Positions 16,600 through 29,566 of a DNA stretch of 64,000 nucleotides are shown here, piece after piece. This DNA is from the human T2T-CHM13v2.0 reference genome, Homo sapiens: the NCBI RefSeq assembly GCF_009914755.1, contig NC_060937.1. One strand, 5' to 3'. The translations under genes were made by a program, and so were the position numbers. How positions within the stretch are numbered: the first letter of the stretch is position 1; each line of letters opens with the position of its first letter. The notes beneath the pieces were generated by a model, which saw nothing but the letters and a program-made list of their open reading frames with translations, was not told the DNA's origin and did not search any database.

Positions 16600-17450
16600 G
16601 GATGATACTTCTAGACTGTGTATATTCATTCACATTTTATTCAATTATTTCAGCAGCTATTCATGATCCTTATCTGAATTATTACATTGAGAATTGCAAA
16701 CTGCTGATTTTTCTATTATTCCTTCTGTATTAATCAGCTAAGTGTGCTTTTGTAAAGAGCATTTCCTTGCCCACTTTTTATTGTAGTACAAGTAAAAGCT
16801 CATGGGTTCTCTTTTATTCAATAAGCTGTAATCCGTTACTATAATCCATTGTTATTAATCCATTATTATTCTTTTTGATGCTCAAATTGTGTCAAGTTTG
16901 GCCAGTGGGAGCTCCTTCAAGTCAGCTTTTGGGTCCTTTCCACATGTTCCCTTTAGTCTTTAAGCACTTTCTGCCTTTTGGCAATGTGAGATACCCTCTG
17001 TTGCGGGATTTAATTTGCTAGTCTTTTGTTCAGGACTTTTGTATTGGTGTTCATGAGAGAAGCTGATCTGTAGTTTTCTTGTAATGTCCTTGTCATGTTT
17101 TTGTATCAAAGAATTGGCCTCACAAAATGAATTGGGTAGTGGTTCCTTCCTCCTCTATTTTCATAGAAGAACTTGTGTAGAATTGGTATTATCTCCTCCT
17201 TACATATTTGGTAGAATTCATCAGGGAAGTCACCTAGGACTGGGGTGGCTTTTGTAGAAGGGCCTTGTCCTTCAAATGCTTTCTCTTTGTAGTCTTCATT
17301 TGATATTAAGGATTCAGCCGCTGCTCCGTTTTTGCTTATATTTGCACAGTAAATTTTGTCTGTCATTTTCCTTTTAACCTTTCCCAGTCGCTTGGTCTAA
17401 TAATGTCCATTTTGGGCAGTATATGGTTGAATTTTACTTTTTGCAGGTTA
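16600..17450 (-). mobile_element. Ancient L1M/L1ME fragments
   Basis: Minus ORF 17106-17366 contains degenerate ORF2 sequence 'DFPDEFYQICKEEIIPILHKFF'; L1ME-like 3' UTR sequence at 16800-17000. Confidence 0.65.
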
Positions 17451-17729
17451 TAACTTCTTGTGTTCTCTGGGACTTTGGCTTCTCTGTCATTGCCTGAGTT
17501 CTGTCTTGAAGTCTCATCTATGTTCTTCCCAGCCTTGTTAGTTCTTCTAAATATGCATTCCCAGTTGGTGGTCTTTTCCTCTCTGTCCCTGACAGCCTCA
17601 AATTACCATTAGCTCCACCTGCACATGGCCCCACTGTTACTAGCTTATTCAAAATTAATCTCAGAGCCCATAATAGGGCCCAGCCCACAGGTAGGTGTTA
17701 ATAAAGATTTATTTAATGAATGGTGATAA

Positions 17730-18210
17730 CTATGGCATTAATTATGATCAAGTTTATTGGTTAAAAAAAATAGAAAACCCAAATATCAGTGGCTTAAAAG
17801 GATGACTTATTCCTTCCTTATATGAGTCTTTAGGCCTCTAGGCATTTTGTCCAGAGGTTGGTTCTATAAATCCTCAGAGACATAGGCTCCTTCTAAATTA
17901 TTATTCTGCCATCCCTAGAGTATACATACTTCTCATCCTCATAGTCTAAGATGGCCCACATCTGAGGCCACAGGATGGAAGAAAGAATGAAGAACCAGCA
18001 GAGGTCATGTTCCAGGAGTCTGTTAGGGAAGGTTCCTGGAATCTGTCACATACACAGCACTTCGACTTAGGTATCATTAGCCAGAATTTAGTCACATGGC
18101 CACACTTTCTACGAGAGAAGCTGGAATGTGTTGTCTTAGTCTGGATAGCAATGTGCCCAGCTTAAATTGTATTACTAGAGAAGAGGGGGAAATGATTTCC
18201 TGGGGAATCC
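17730..18210 (-). mobile_element. Old MaLR LTR (MLT1J/K-like)
   Basis: 'cagtggcttaaa', 'ccagaatttagtcacatggccacact'. Confidence 0.6.
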
Positions 18211-18668
18211 TTAGCAACTGGAGAAGACTAAAGACCTGAAGAGGTGTAGCATATTTGTGAAAACAACATGAAGTGTGATGGTGCGGGATCATAGCATGAA
18301 CGAGACAACATGGTAGATTCACTAAAAGGATAGGGAGGGGCTAGACTTAGACAATAAGGCTTAGACTTTGGATATTATCCTGTGGACTATTTTTATTAGT
18401 CAAGGTCTTGAGGGAAATAAATGGCACTCTTGAAAGGGGTGAAATGTGTTTAACGAAGGGACTATTTGAAGAGTGGGCAGGATTGAGAAAAATGAACAAG
18501 GGATGTGAAGTGCTCCAGGGCCAGCAAAAGCAGGAACTGCCAGGACTGCCAGGGCACATGGACAAGCGGTTACTGGAACCCAACAAGTGTGGTTGTAGGA
18601 AATGGGTCTCAGATAAGAGCTGTGCCTTTGGGAAAGGAACATTGTTACTGCAACATATACCCTGAAAG

Positions 18669-18844
18669 CAGAAATGGTGACATAACTTGCAGGGCCCAGT
18701 GCAAAATGAAAACGAAGGCCCCTTGCTCAAAAATTAGTCCGAGTTCCAAGATGGCAACAGTAGGCGGTTAAACCAAGTGTGGAGCCTTTCTGAGCATGGG
18801 GCCCTGTGCAACTGTACAGGCTGAGTGACCATGAAGCTGGCTTG
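18669..18844 (-). mobile_element. MER45A-like hAT-Tip100 DNA transposon
   Basis: 'gggcccagtgcaaaatgaaaa...ggggccctgtgcaactg...catgaagctggc'; degenerate 8-bp flanks cctgaaag / cctgccag. Confidence 0.8.
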
Positions 18845-19024
18845 CCTGCCAGGGAAGATGCTGGAGGAAAAACACCCTAAACGACTCTGTCTTCCAGCCC
18901 TCTGACTCTTGCCAATGGCTCCCTTTGCCCATACCCAAGTAGTAGTCAAAATCGAGGAGCCTGATTGAAGCCCTCCATGATGGTCAGGTGCCGGAGGGGA
19001 GTGAACAGTGCATCTGGAGGAGCT

Positions 19025-19180
19025 GGGGAGATCTAGCTCCACTATGGAGGGCCATTAGAAATTTTTAAGCAGAATGGCATGTCCAATTTATTTTTAGAAA
19101 GAGCTTTTTGGCAGCAGTGTGGAGGATGGACTGCAGAGCCTGGAGGCAGAAAGACCAATTAGGAGGCTATTATGATAATT
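19025..19180 (-). mobile_element. L2 fragment
   Basis: 'ttttaagcag...ggcagcagtgtggaggatggact...agaccaattaggaggctatt'. Confidence 0.65.
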
Positions 19181-19439
19181 CTATAGTTTTTTTTTAAAAA
19201 AAAATCACAACTCACAGAAAGAAATTCATTTTATATTTATGTCAGTAACCAGTGACAGATACATACATATCAAGGGAACACAAAGTCTATGAAACAACAT
19301 AAATCCTTACTCAATGTAACAATACTTAACCTTATTAGAAGCAAAGTGCTCTGGTTTTGTTTTTTAAAAAATGCTGGTTCCAAATCACAAAATTGATTCT
19401 ATGAATCAGAGCTTTTGATTTACAAAATATTGGTCTAAG

Positions 19440-20007
19440 TAGTGCACTAAGCAGAATAATGCCCTTCCTACAAGATGTTCACGACCTAATTCTTGGAACC
19501 TGGAAATATTTGAACACTACATGGTTGACTTTTATATACATAGCAAGACCTAATAAGTGAAAATGTTACTTCATTTGGCAAAGGGATTTGGCAGATTTGA
19601 TGATGTTAAGGACCTTGCCATGGAGGTTACCCTAGATTATCCAGGCAGGGCCAATGTAATCTCGAAGGTTCTTACAGGTGACAGAGGGAGCCAGGAGAGT
19701 CAGAGCCAGAGAAGATGTAATGAAGCAAGCAGGGTCCCAGTGACACAGCAGGCAATGGATAACTTGGATGAAGCAGAAGGGGATCGGGAGCCGAGGAAGG
19801 TCGGCAACCTCTAGACGGCAGAAAATGTAAGGGAACGGATTCTCCTCTGGAGGCCCCCAAAGGAATTCAGCCCTGCTGACACCTTGGTTTTAGCCCAGTG
19901 AGATCCACAAGACTTCTGACCTCCAGAACGGTGAGATGGTAAACAGGTGTTTCTTTAAGCACTCAAGTTTGCAGTGATATGTTACGGTAGCAATATGAAA
20001 CTAATAC
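19440..20007 (+). mobile_element. MaLR LTR (MLT1D-like) with a ~50-bp foreign insert
   Basis: 'gcagaataatgccc...ctagattatccagg...cagccctgctgacaccttggttttagcccagtgaga...aaactaatac'. Confidence 0.85.
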
Positions 20008-20833
20008 GTGGAAGGAGATGAAGACAGCCGGGAGAAGGCAGTGTCAGTGGTGGGAGGGATGGAGAAGAAGGGGCCTAATATTCCAGCAGGACTTTTTCCT
20101 TTTTTTTCTCTTAAGATCAAGGACCACAGCCCCAAGACAAACCATGGTGTTTCTTCCCTTCAAGTTTTAGATTCTAGGGAAGTTAAAATGAGTATCAAAG
20201 ACTTAGAGGGGGACAAAAGTCTGTTTTAAAACTGTCTTAGTGACATGAATGTATGGACTAAGGGCAATTAGCTGAATGTGCAGTACCTGTGAGCTAATCT
20301 GGAAAACAGAAGGAGCCACCTACGTGTTTTTTTTTTTTTTACTTAATTTTAGCTGCTTGAGGAAATGAACTGAATCAGCAAAGCTCTCACAGACAGTTCT
20401 ATGTAGAACCCACAAAGCAAAGCAAACATTATTGATTTTTCCAGAAGTGAAAGAAGAAACTGCTACCATGTAGAAGGAGTCATCGGACCCACAGTGAAAC
20501 TAGGAGATGAGTGATTAGTAAAAGGGGCAGATGAGCAAATGAGTTAGCACAAAACTGGTTGTATCTATTGTTGAACGCAGGACAAGCAAATCAACAATTG
20601 AATCTGGTAATGATGTGCTTCTAGTAAGGTTATTCATATTTATAAGTGTAATGATCAATTCATAAGTATAATTGTTCTGAAAGCACAAATCATCTGAAAA
20701 ACAAAACAAAACCAGAAAATATAATTTAAAATAAGAAATCATTTACAATAGCAAGAGAAAATATAAAGTACTTAAGGAAAAAAATCCAAAGATGTCCAAG
20801 ACCTTTACCTGGAAAATTATAAAACTTTATAGA

Positions 20834-21134
20834 GGCCACACTCAATGGCTCACATCTGTAATCCCAGTACTTTGGGAGGCTGAGGTAGGAGGATTGCTTG
20901 AGGCCAGGAGTTTCAGACCAGCCTGGGCAACACGGCAAGACCCTGTTTCTACAGAAAAAATTTTTAAAAGTTAGCCAGGCTTGTGGCACACACCTGTAGT
21001 CCCAGCTACTCTGAAGATGGAGGTGAGAGGATCACTTGAGGCCAGGAAGTACAAACTGCAGTGAGCCATGTTTGTGTCACTGCCTTCCAGTTGGTGACAG
21101 AGAGAACTCTTGTCTCTAAAATTAAAATAAAGGC
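20834..21134 (+). mobile_element. AluJ
   Basis: Diverged dimer with 'ggattgcttgaggccaggag'; target-site duplication 'aactttataga'. Confidence 0.9.
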
Positions 21135-22423
21135 AACTTTATAGAAAGACATAGCAAGACCTAATAAATGAAAAATAAGTTCATGTTTGTGGATGGGATG
21201 ACTACTGCAAAGATGCCAATCTCCCTCCAAATTATTCTATATGTTCAGTGCAGTAGAATTCAGTGAGTGTGAGTGTTGAGTGTGTGTGCACTTTAACAAG
21301 ATGACCCCACACTCCATGCCAACCAGCAAAGGCAAAAAATTTACGGCAAATATTGGAAGCACTGACCTTTCAGATGTCTCCCTTTTTCTAAGGCTCCGTC
21401 AGTAGGACTATGGCATAGAGGCAGGAAAAGGTACACAGACTCACAGGACAGAGAGCAATGGACCCTGCACCTGAGTAACCTTGATCTATGACAGAAGTGA
21501 CGTTATAGCTCAGAAGCAAAGAGTGGACTATTCAGTAAGTAGCAATGGGACAACTGACTGTCCATATGAAAAAGCATAAAAATAGACCTAAATGTGAAAA
21601 ACAAAACTTTAAAACTTTTAGAAGAAGACTATAGGAGGATATTGTTATAACATCAAGGAAGGGAATAAAGTCCAAAGCATATACACAAAACAAAAAGGAA
21701 AACATAGATCCATTCGATTATACTGAAATTTAAAGCTGAAGTATAACAAAAAACACTGTAAACACCACAAGAAGGCCAACCAAGCCTGGGAGAAAAATTG
21801 TAAATACAGATAACTAATCATGGAGTACTGCCCAGAATATATTAATAACCCTACATATCAATTCCAGCCAACCAACCCAAGAGATAGGTGGGCAATGGGT
21901 GTATACTGGCAATTCACAGAAGAGGAAAACTAATAGATGGTAAATATACAATGACATGCTCAACTTCACTAGTAATTGAACAAACAAAAGCATATAAGAG
22001 ATGTTATCCCACTGTCATCAGTGTTTCCACTTTGTATCCCACTCTCGTGTATCTCATGTGTATGAGAGTGTATCCCACTCTCATGCAAAAATGTTTAAAT
22101 GTGACAGTATCAAGTGTTGGAGAGAATGTGGGAAACAGAAACTTTCTTGCTATCCTAGTAGGAATGTAAATCAGTACAAACATTTTGGCAAACAATATGA
22201 TGGTATCTAGAGAAGTTGAAGAGGTGCATATTCTATAACCCAGCAACTCTGCTCCTAGAAATGTTCCCTACAGAAACTCAAGCATGTGTACAAGGAGACT
22301 CATACCAGCCTCATTTCAGCATTGTCTATACTGGAAACAACAAAATATCCATCATTAGGAGAATCAATAGTGACATATTCATCCAAAGAAGTACTCTAAG
22401 GTAGTCAAAAATGAATTAACTAG

Positions 22424-22713
<290 letters not shown>

Positions 22714-23329
22714 TCAACAATAAGTCTTAAAAAACATAGTGTCGAACAGAAAGTAAAACTGTAGTAAAATACATATTAGTAAAATAGCATGCAAAACAAT
22801 CCTGTATTGTTTATCTATACAAACACATGTGTGAAGATCATGAAAAACATCCATAAGAATGGTAAGGCCAAACTCAGAACAGAAGTCAGGTTCAGGAGGA
22901 AGGGAGAAGAATGGAATGCAGGTGGGTGGGAATACACAGGAGGCTGATCTGTAAGGTTTTATTTACAGTTGATACTCATTATTGTATTTTATGCTTGTTA
23001 CTGATACTTTTTTGTATGTTTGAACAATTTTATTTTAAAAGCTCCAACCCTCTCGTGTGGCAACAAAGCCACTCACCATCTTCCCCTCTCTAAGGCATCT
23101 TTGCCAACCTTTGCAGGCTCCCGCCTACTGCTCCCCGTGTACCACTGGGCTCTGGATGTACCAAAGTTTTGGGTCATTTCCTGAGTGTGTCTCTTTTCTT
23201 TATGCCCTTGCTTACTGCCTCCTCTCCCTCTAATGCCTTCCCTCTAAACCCTACCTGGAAAGCTATTCCTCCTAGATTCATTTCATGTGTCATCTCTGGA
23301 GTGAACGGTGCTTATTATTCAATGTCATG

Positions 23330-23775
23330 TCTCTTGAATGTGCACAGGACTCATCTGGAGATCTTATTAAGTCTGGTTGTGGTTGCTCACGCCTGTAATC
23401 CCAGCACTTTGGGAGGCCAAGGTGAGAGGATCGTTTGAACCCACAAGTTCAAGACCAGCTTTGTCAACATAGCAAGAGCCTGTCTCTGCAAAAATAAAAA
23501 TAATAAAACTAGCCAAGTATGGTGGCATATGCCTGCAGTCCCAGCTACAAGCAGGAAGATTGTTTGATCCCAGAAATTCGAGGCTGCGTGAGCTATGATT
23601 GCCCCACTGCACAGCAGCCTGGGTGACAGATTGAGACCCTGTCTCAGAAAAACAAAAAACAAACAAAAAGAAAAATGCAGGGTCTGAATCGGTAGGTCTG
23701 GTTGGGGTCCCTGATTCTGCATTCCTAATGAGCTCTCCAGCAGTGCTGATGGGGCGGTTTGTGAGCAGCCAGATC
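23330..23775. mobile_element. MER5-like hAT-Charlie element split by an AluJ (23372-23675, + strand)
   Basis: 'ctcatctggagatcttattaa' [AluJ] 'aaatgcag...tctgaatcggtaggtctgg...tctgcattcctaa'. Confidence 0.75.
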
Positions 23776-24489
23776 CTCATGACCCCACCTTCTTCCTGGA
23801 CTCCCACCCGCTCCTCTGTATTCCCTCCTTGCAACATTCATTGTGTTGCTGTGGGTCTGTTTTTTGATATCTGTCTTTTAAATGAAACTAGTAAGGATAG
23901 TAACTCCAAAGAGTAACATTTCTGCCCTGCACTTCACAGTATTACCAGCACCCAATATTCATTTGTCAAACGTTTGAAACATTCCAGTGTTGAAAGTACA
24001 ATTGTATTTTGTGCCTCAGGTGAAACCTTATTAAATCTCTTAAAACAGTTCTGTTTAAGTTGCGCTTTCTATCCCAGGCCAGTGGGAACAGGTATGCAGA
24101 GCTGTCAATGCATATTGTCTGCAGATCAGGTCTGAATAAGTTCCTAATTACAGTGCTCACTGGGAGGGGAGAGCTGGAAAAATGTTCTGAACCCTAGGGC
24201 AGAGATACCTTCGAGTTCCGGGGATTTAGTGACTTAGTCACAAGCCAAGATTTTGCTGTCAGCACTAAGATAGCTTATAGGAGGTTTGCAGACCTGCTGT
24301 AAGTATAATAAAAAATAAATAAATAAATAAATGAAGCGGCCAGAGAGAAAGGGCAAACGAAGCTGCCTGAAGATGAACTCCAGTGGCCTGGCCAAGGTTC
24401 TGCTCCTGCAAGCCCTCTCTGTTGGCTGAGAGCCCAACCAGCTCCACCTGTGAGAGGCGGCACAGCCAGGCAGGGTGGAGCCAAGTGCA

Positions 24490-24835
24490 GGCTCTCACCT
24501 GCCCGGGAGTCCAATTCTGGCGCTGCCACTTGGCGGCTAGGACATCTTGGGCAACTTGTGTCACCTTTCTGGGCCTTCGGGTGCCAGATTTAGAAAACGA
24601 AATATTGCATGAGACGTATGTATACCAGCAAAGTGTTACTGGCTTGCCTGAAATTCAAATATAACCGGATATCTTGTATTTTATCTGGCAAGCTTATCTA
24701 GACCTCACTCCCTTCGTGTCTAAAATGGACATAGTATAGTACCTACCTCCTAAGGTTGTGAGGATGAAATGATTCTATAGATGTAAAGTGCTCAACATAC
24801 AGCGTGGCTCCAAGGAAATGCTCAGAAAGGTAACT
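24490..24835 (+). mobile_element. MIR interrupted by MER53
   Basis: MIR core split at 24575/24697 and resuming 'taaaatgg...acctacctcctaaggttgtgaggatgaaatga'. Confidence 0.75.
24576..24696. mobile_element. Internally deleted MER53-like palindromic hAT element
   Basis: Inverted termini 'tgccagattta' / 'ttatctggca'; 'ctgaaattcaaat'; degenerate 8-bp flanks tctgggcc / tctagacc. Confidence 0.75.
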
Positions 24836-24977
24836 TTCCTACCACTTCCTCACCTCATGATCGACATCTGTTGCCAGAATTGTTCCTACAAGTTCTGTCA
24901 CCCTAATTCCAATTTCTCCTCCCTTTCACTTCTTCTCCGCATGACTGCCAGAGATAACATTTGAAAAGATCAATCTG

Positions 24978-25621
<644 letters not shown>

Positions 25622-27274
25622 TAACCAACTCTCTCCTGCTCTCTGTCCTTCCTTAGTGGCTCCCTGTGCCTAGAATCCCTTTCTCCCCTTGGCCCCTGAG
25701 AAACATCTGTCCATCCTTTGGAGTTTTGCTTCAGATTGGCTCCTCTAGAAGCTTCCCTAACACCACCACTGAGAGCCTCACCAATTCCTCACCCGGCTCC
25801 GCCTCTGGGTTCTTAGAGTGCTTTTTACAGACATTTGCTCCTATCATTGTATTTGAATTATTTTAATTTTTGTGTTATGTTTCTCTAACAGTATAACATG
25901 TGTGTGTCAATTTTTATCAACAACCTGGAGCTTTTAGTTAGTATTTGAAGAATCTTAGTCAGGAACCCATACATGAAGAGTGGTTAGCAAACATATGAAA
26001 AGCCCTAAAAGGAGTCCACAGCCCAGACGGGCTGCAGCAACTTCAAATATCCTCATCCGAATCTGCACCAGAGGACCTGCTCTTTGGGTAAGGGATGCGG
26101 AAAGTAATTTTCCACTTACAGAATGGGCGGAGTTCAAGCTACATGGTGGGCCAGAAAGACTAATACAGGCATCTCTGCCCTTTCATGGGTAGAACAGAGC
26201 ACGCTCAAGGTCTAAACTCGGCTCGTCCCTGGGCCTTCCACCTACAAGAAGCTTCTGCCATTGATTTGATTTAGTTGACCTACTGTCAGGATACAGTCGC
26301 ATTTGCCTTTAGTGAAACTTTCCTGCAGGGTGTTTGTTGGAGGGCCTGAAAGAACAGAGATTGAAGTCACCAAAATAACAGAACAGGTTGAGTGACCAGC
26401 TCTCTACCTGCTTGCTAATGAAAGTTGATTCATGTTGTGGAATGGGGCCTATAATTTGCTTTCATTTTAACGCTTTACTTTGTAGTGAGGCGGTTGGACC
26501 AAGGCATCTGAGGGATTCCCCTAATCATTGAAAGCCATCATCATCCACCAAAAAGGACCTGACACTCATAAGCCAAATTGGTTTAGATCAGTTTCTTTTA
26601 TCTCTCCAAGTAAAGGTGAGCTGGAGAGTAGGGGCCTGTATTGATCACCTTTGTGACTAGCTCCTGGCACTGCCCTTGCCCCACTGGAGGTGCTCGGCAA
26701 GTGCTTGTTGACAGAACAAGGGCACCCTTGAAAGACAGAAGGCCAAAGACCCTTTATTGCTGAGCCAAGCTTTGAAACATTGAGGACAAACTCAGACATC
26801 TGATTAGAACCATCGATGATCAGGCTGAAAACACATAAGATAACAAAGGATACGTGAGAAAAGTTCCTTTTGATAGCTTTTCATTGAAATTTATTCCATA
26901 AGAAATAGCTTTCCCTCTTGAGAATTCATAGTGCATATCATCACATTTGCATTTAAAGGCATTGAGGTATTTTTGTGGTAATATTTATAATAGCACAAAT
27001 ATGGAAACAATTTAAATGTCCAAACATTTGGCTCAATTGTGGACCATCCATTTAGTGTATTATAGAACCATTAAACTTATTGGGAGCTGAGCTTCCCAAT
27101 GGCAGTGGTTCTCTGCTCTGCATGACCCCTTTTTGAATTTTCTGCTTTCTTATTAAGAGCAAGATTCCCCTTTGCTTCTAAAATAAATCCAATCAGTCAA
27201 ATATTTACCTTTACTTTAAACTATATTTCTTTTTAATGTTTTTATTATTATTTATTTTATTATTATTTTTTATT

Positions 27275-27729
27275 ATACTGTACCAATGTTAATTTCTTGT
27301 TTTTGACAAATGTACCATAGTAATGAAAGGGGTTAACATTAGTGGAAACTGCATGGGAGGTATATGAGAACTGTGTGTACTCTATTTGCAACTTTTCTGT
27401 AAAATTAAAACTATTCCAAAATAAAAAGTATATTAATATTTTAATTTATATTTATTAATATTTAATTTTAAAATTTTATTTTAAAAAGAAATATATTATT
27501 AATATATTTCTTTTTAAATAAATATATTATTAATATATTTCTTTTTTAAATAAATATATTTCTTTTTTAAATAAACTTTTCATTTTGGAATAGTTTTAAT
27601 TTTATGGAAAAGTTGCAAATAGAGTACACACAGTTCTCATATACCTCCCATGCAGTTTCCACTAATGTTAAACCCTTTCATTACCATGGTACATTTGTCA
27701 AAAACAAGAAATTAACATTGGTACAGTAT
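27275..27729. repeat. ~455-bp inverted repeat: ~160-bp arms around a ~135-bp nearly pure AT spacer
   Basis: 27275-27422 is the reverse complement of 27582-27729 with 4 mismatches and no indels by manual alignment; the spacer holds a perfect 19-bp-arm palindrome centred at 27499. Confidence 0.95.
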
Positions 27730-28010
27730 CATCAATGAAACTTCAGGCATTATTTGTATTTCACCAGTATTTCTACTAGTGTCCTTTTTCTGTTCCAGGA
27801 TCTCATCCAGAATCCCACATTACATTAAATCATCACGTCTCCTTAGTCTCCTCCAACCTTCTCAGTCTTTCCTTGTTTATCGGCACCCTGGAAGTTTTGA
27901 GTGCTGGCCAGGTATGTTGTAGAATATCTCTCAATTTGGGTTTGCTTGATGTTTTCTCATCATTAGACTAAGATTATGGGTTGTGAGGAGGAATACCCAG
28001 AGGCATAATC
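27570..28010 (-). mobile_element. L1MC4-like 3' end (includes the right palindrome arm)
   Basis: 'gtcctttttctgttccaggatctcatccag...gtctccttagtctcctcc...gtagaatatctctcaatttgggtttg'. Confidence 0.75.
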
Positions 28011-28051
28011 CTGATTCTACATTGTCGCACATTTGTTTACAAAATTTGACA

Positions 28052-28542
28052 CTGCAGAAGCAGCCTCCAAGATGACGAACACCTCCTGGAACTCACTCCC
28101 ATGTACAGTCCCCTCGCATGAATTAGGATTAGTCTGTGGTTCTCATAGAATACTGTGGAAGTGACAATGTGTGATAGCTGAGGCCAGGTCATAGAAGGCA
28201 TTGAAGCGTCCTCCTTGGTTTTGCAGGTAGGATTTGCTCTGGGGCAAGTCAGCTGCTGTGTTGTGAAGACACTCCAAGACAACTGTGGAGGGGACCCACC
28301 CTGCCAGCCACGTGAATGAGACTCCCTGGAAGCAGATCTTCCAGCCCCAGTTGAGCCTTCAAGTGACCACAGCCCTGACACGTCTGACTGATCCTCATGA
28401 GAAATCTCAAGCTAGAGCTATCAGTCCACCTGTTTCCAAAGTCCTGGCCCGCAGAAACTGTGACAGAAAAGAAGTGCTTATTATTTATATAAGTTACTAA
28501 ATTTGGGGATAATTTGTTACACAGCAATTAGATAATGAATAC
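28052..28542 (+). mobile_element. MaLR LTR (MLT1F-like)
   Basis: 'gcagcctccaagatg...gccccagttgagccttca...gaaactgtga...ggggataatttgttacacagcaattagataatgaataca'. Confidence 0.8.
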
Positions 28543-28599
28543 AGAAACACTCAGAAAAGTATTCGAAAAAACAAAACTTCAAATTTTACAATTCCAAAA

Positions 28600-28910
28600 T
28601 AAACTCATTATAACTTGAATATAATCCCTTCTTTTAATGCTTAACCGTACTTAAACTATGTCTTTGTATAATTTAAAAAAATAAAACTGGGATCATAATT
28701 TAATTTCACTTTTATATACTGACATTTTCCCCACTTAGTGTGTAAATAAATTGTAGATAATTTATCCATGTTATTAGAAAATTCTTCAGAAATGTAAGTT
28801 TAATGGTTCTATAATATACTAAATGGATAGTCCACAATTCAGCCAAATCGTTGGACATTTAAATTGTGTGAATTTGTGCTGTTATAAATATTACCACAAA
28901 AAATACCTTT
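28600..28910 (-). mobile_element. L1ME-like 3' fragment
   Basis: 'ttttaatggttctataatat...ttggacatttaaattg...tgctgttataaata'. Confidence 0.55.
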
Positions 28911-28949
28911 GAAAGGGACAATACAGGAAACTGCTGGGAGCACAGGTTG

Positions 28950-29070
28950 GAAGCTCGTTTTGTGTAGGCATGTTCTAATTCTGCCCCTCCCTAGCTCTAC
29001 GGCTTTGAGCAAGTTCCTTGGTATCTGTGCCTTGTTTTCCTCTCCTATAAAATAAGGAATGAAGTACCCT
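28950..29070 (+). mobile_element. MIR fragment
   Basis: 'tctgcccctccctagct...tttgagcaagttcctt...ttttcctctcctataaaat'. Confidence 0.6.
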
Positions 29071-29084
29071 TGCTGGTATTTACT

Positions 29085-29410
29085 ATTATTTTTTGTGGTA
29101 AAATTTACATGACATTTACCATTTTAACCCTTTTTAAGTGTACAATTTAGTGGTATTAAGTACATTTTCATTGTTATATAACCATCACCACCATCCATAT
29201 TAAAACTCTTTCATCATTCCAGACTGAAACTCTATACCCATTAAATAGTAACTCCTCATTCTCTCCTCTGCCCAGCCCCTGGTAACCACTATTTTACTTT
29301 CTGTCTTTATGAATATGACTAATTTGAGTACACTATTTGTCCTTTTTGATCTAGCTAATTTCACTTAATATAATGTCATTTTTAAAATGCTGAATAATAT
29401 TCCATTATAT
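29085..29410 (-). mobile_element. L1MB-type 3' end
   Basis: 'tttaccattttaaccc...aagtgtacaatttagtggtattaagtacatt...cccagcccctggtaaccactatt'. Confidence 0.8.
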
Positions 29411-29566
29411 ATCTTGTTTCATATATTATAGAACTATGTATATATAAATTGCATAATTATAAAAATTATATACAAAGGGAAAATTATATGTATAAATATA
29501 TATATAAAATATGATATATATACCACTATATATTTATACCACACATATATATATATATATTTATAC
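29405..29566. repeat. AT-rich, (TA)n-like low-complexity tract
   Basis: Degenerate TATA/ATAA runs. Confidence 0.85.
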
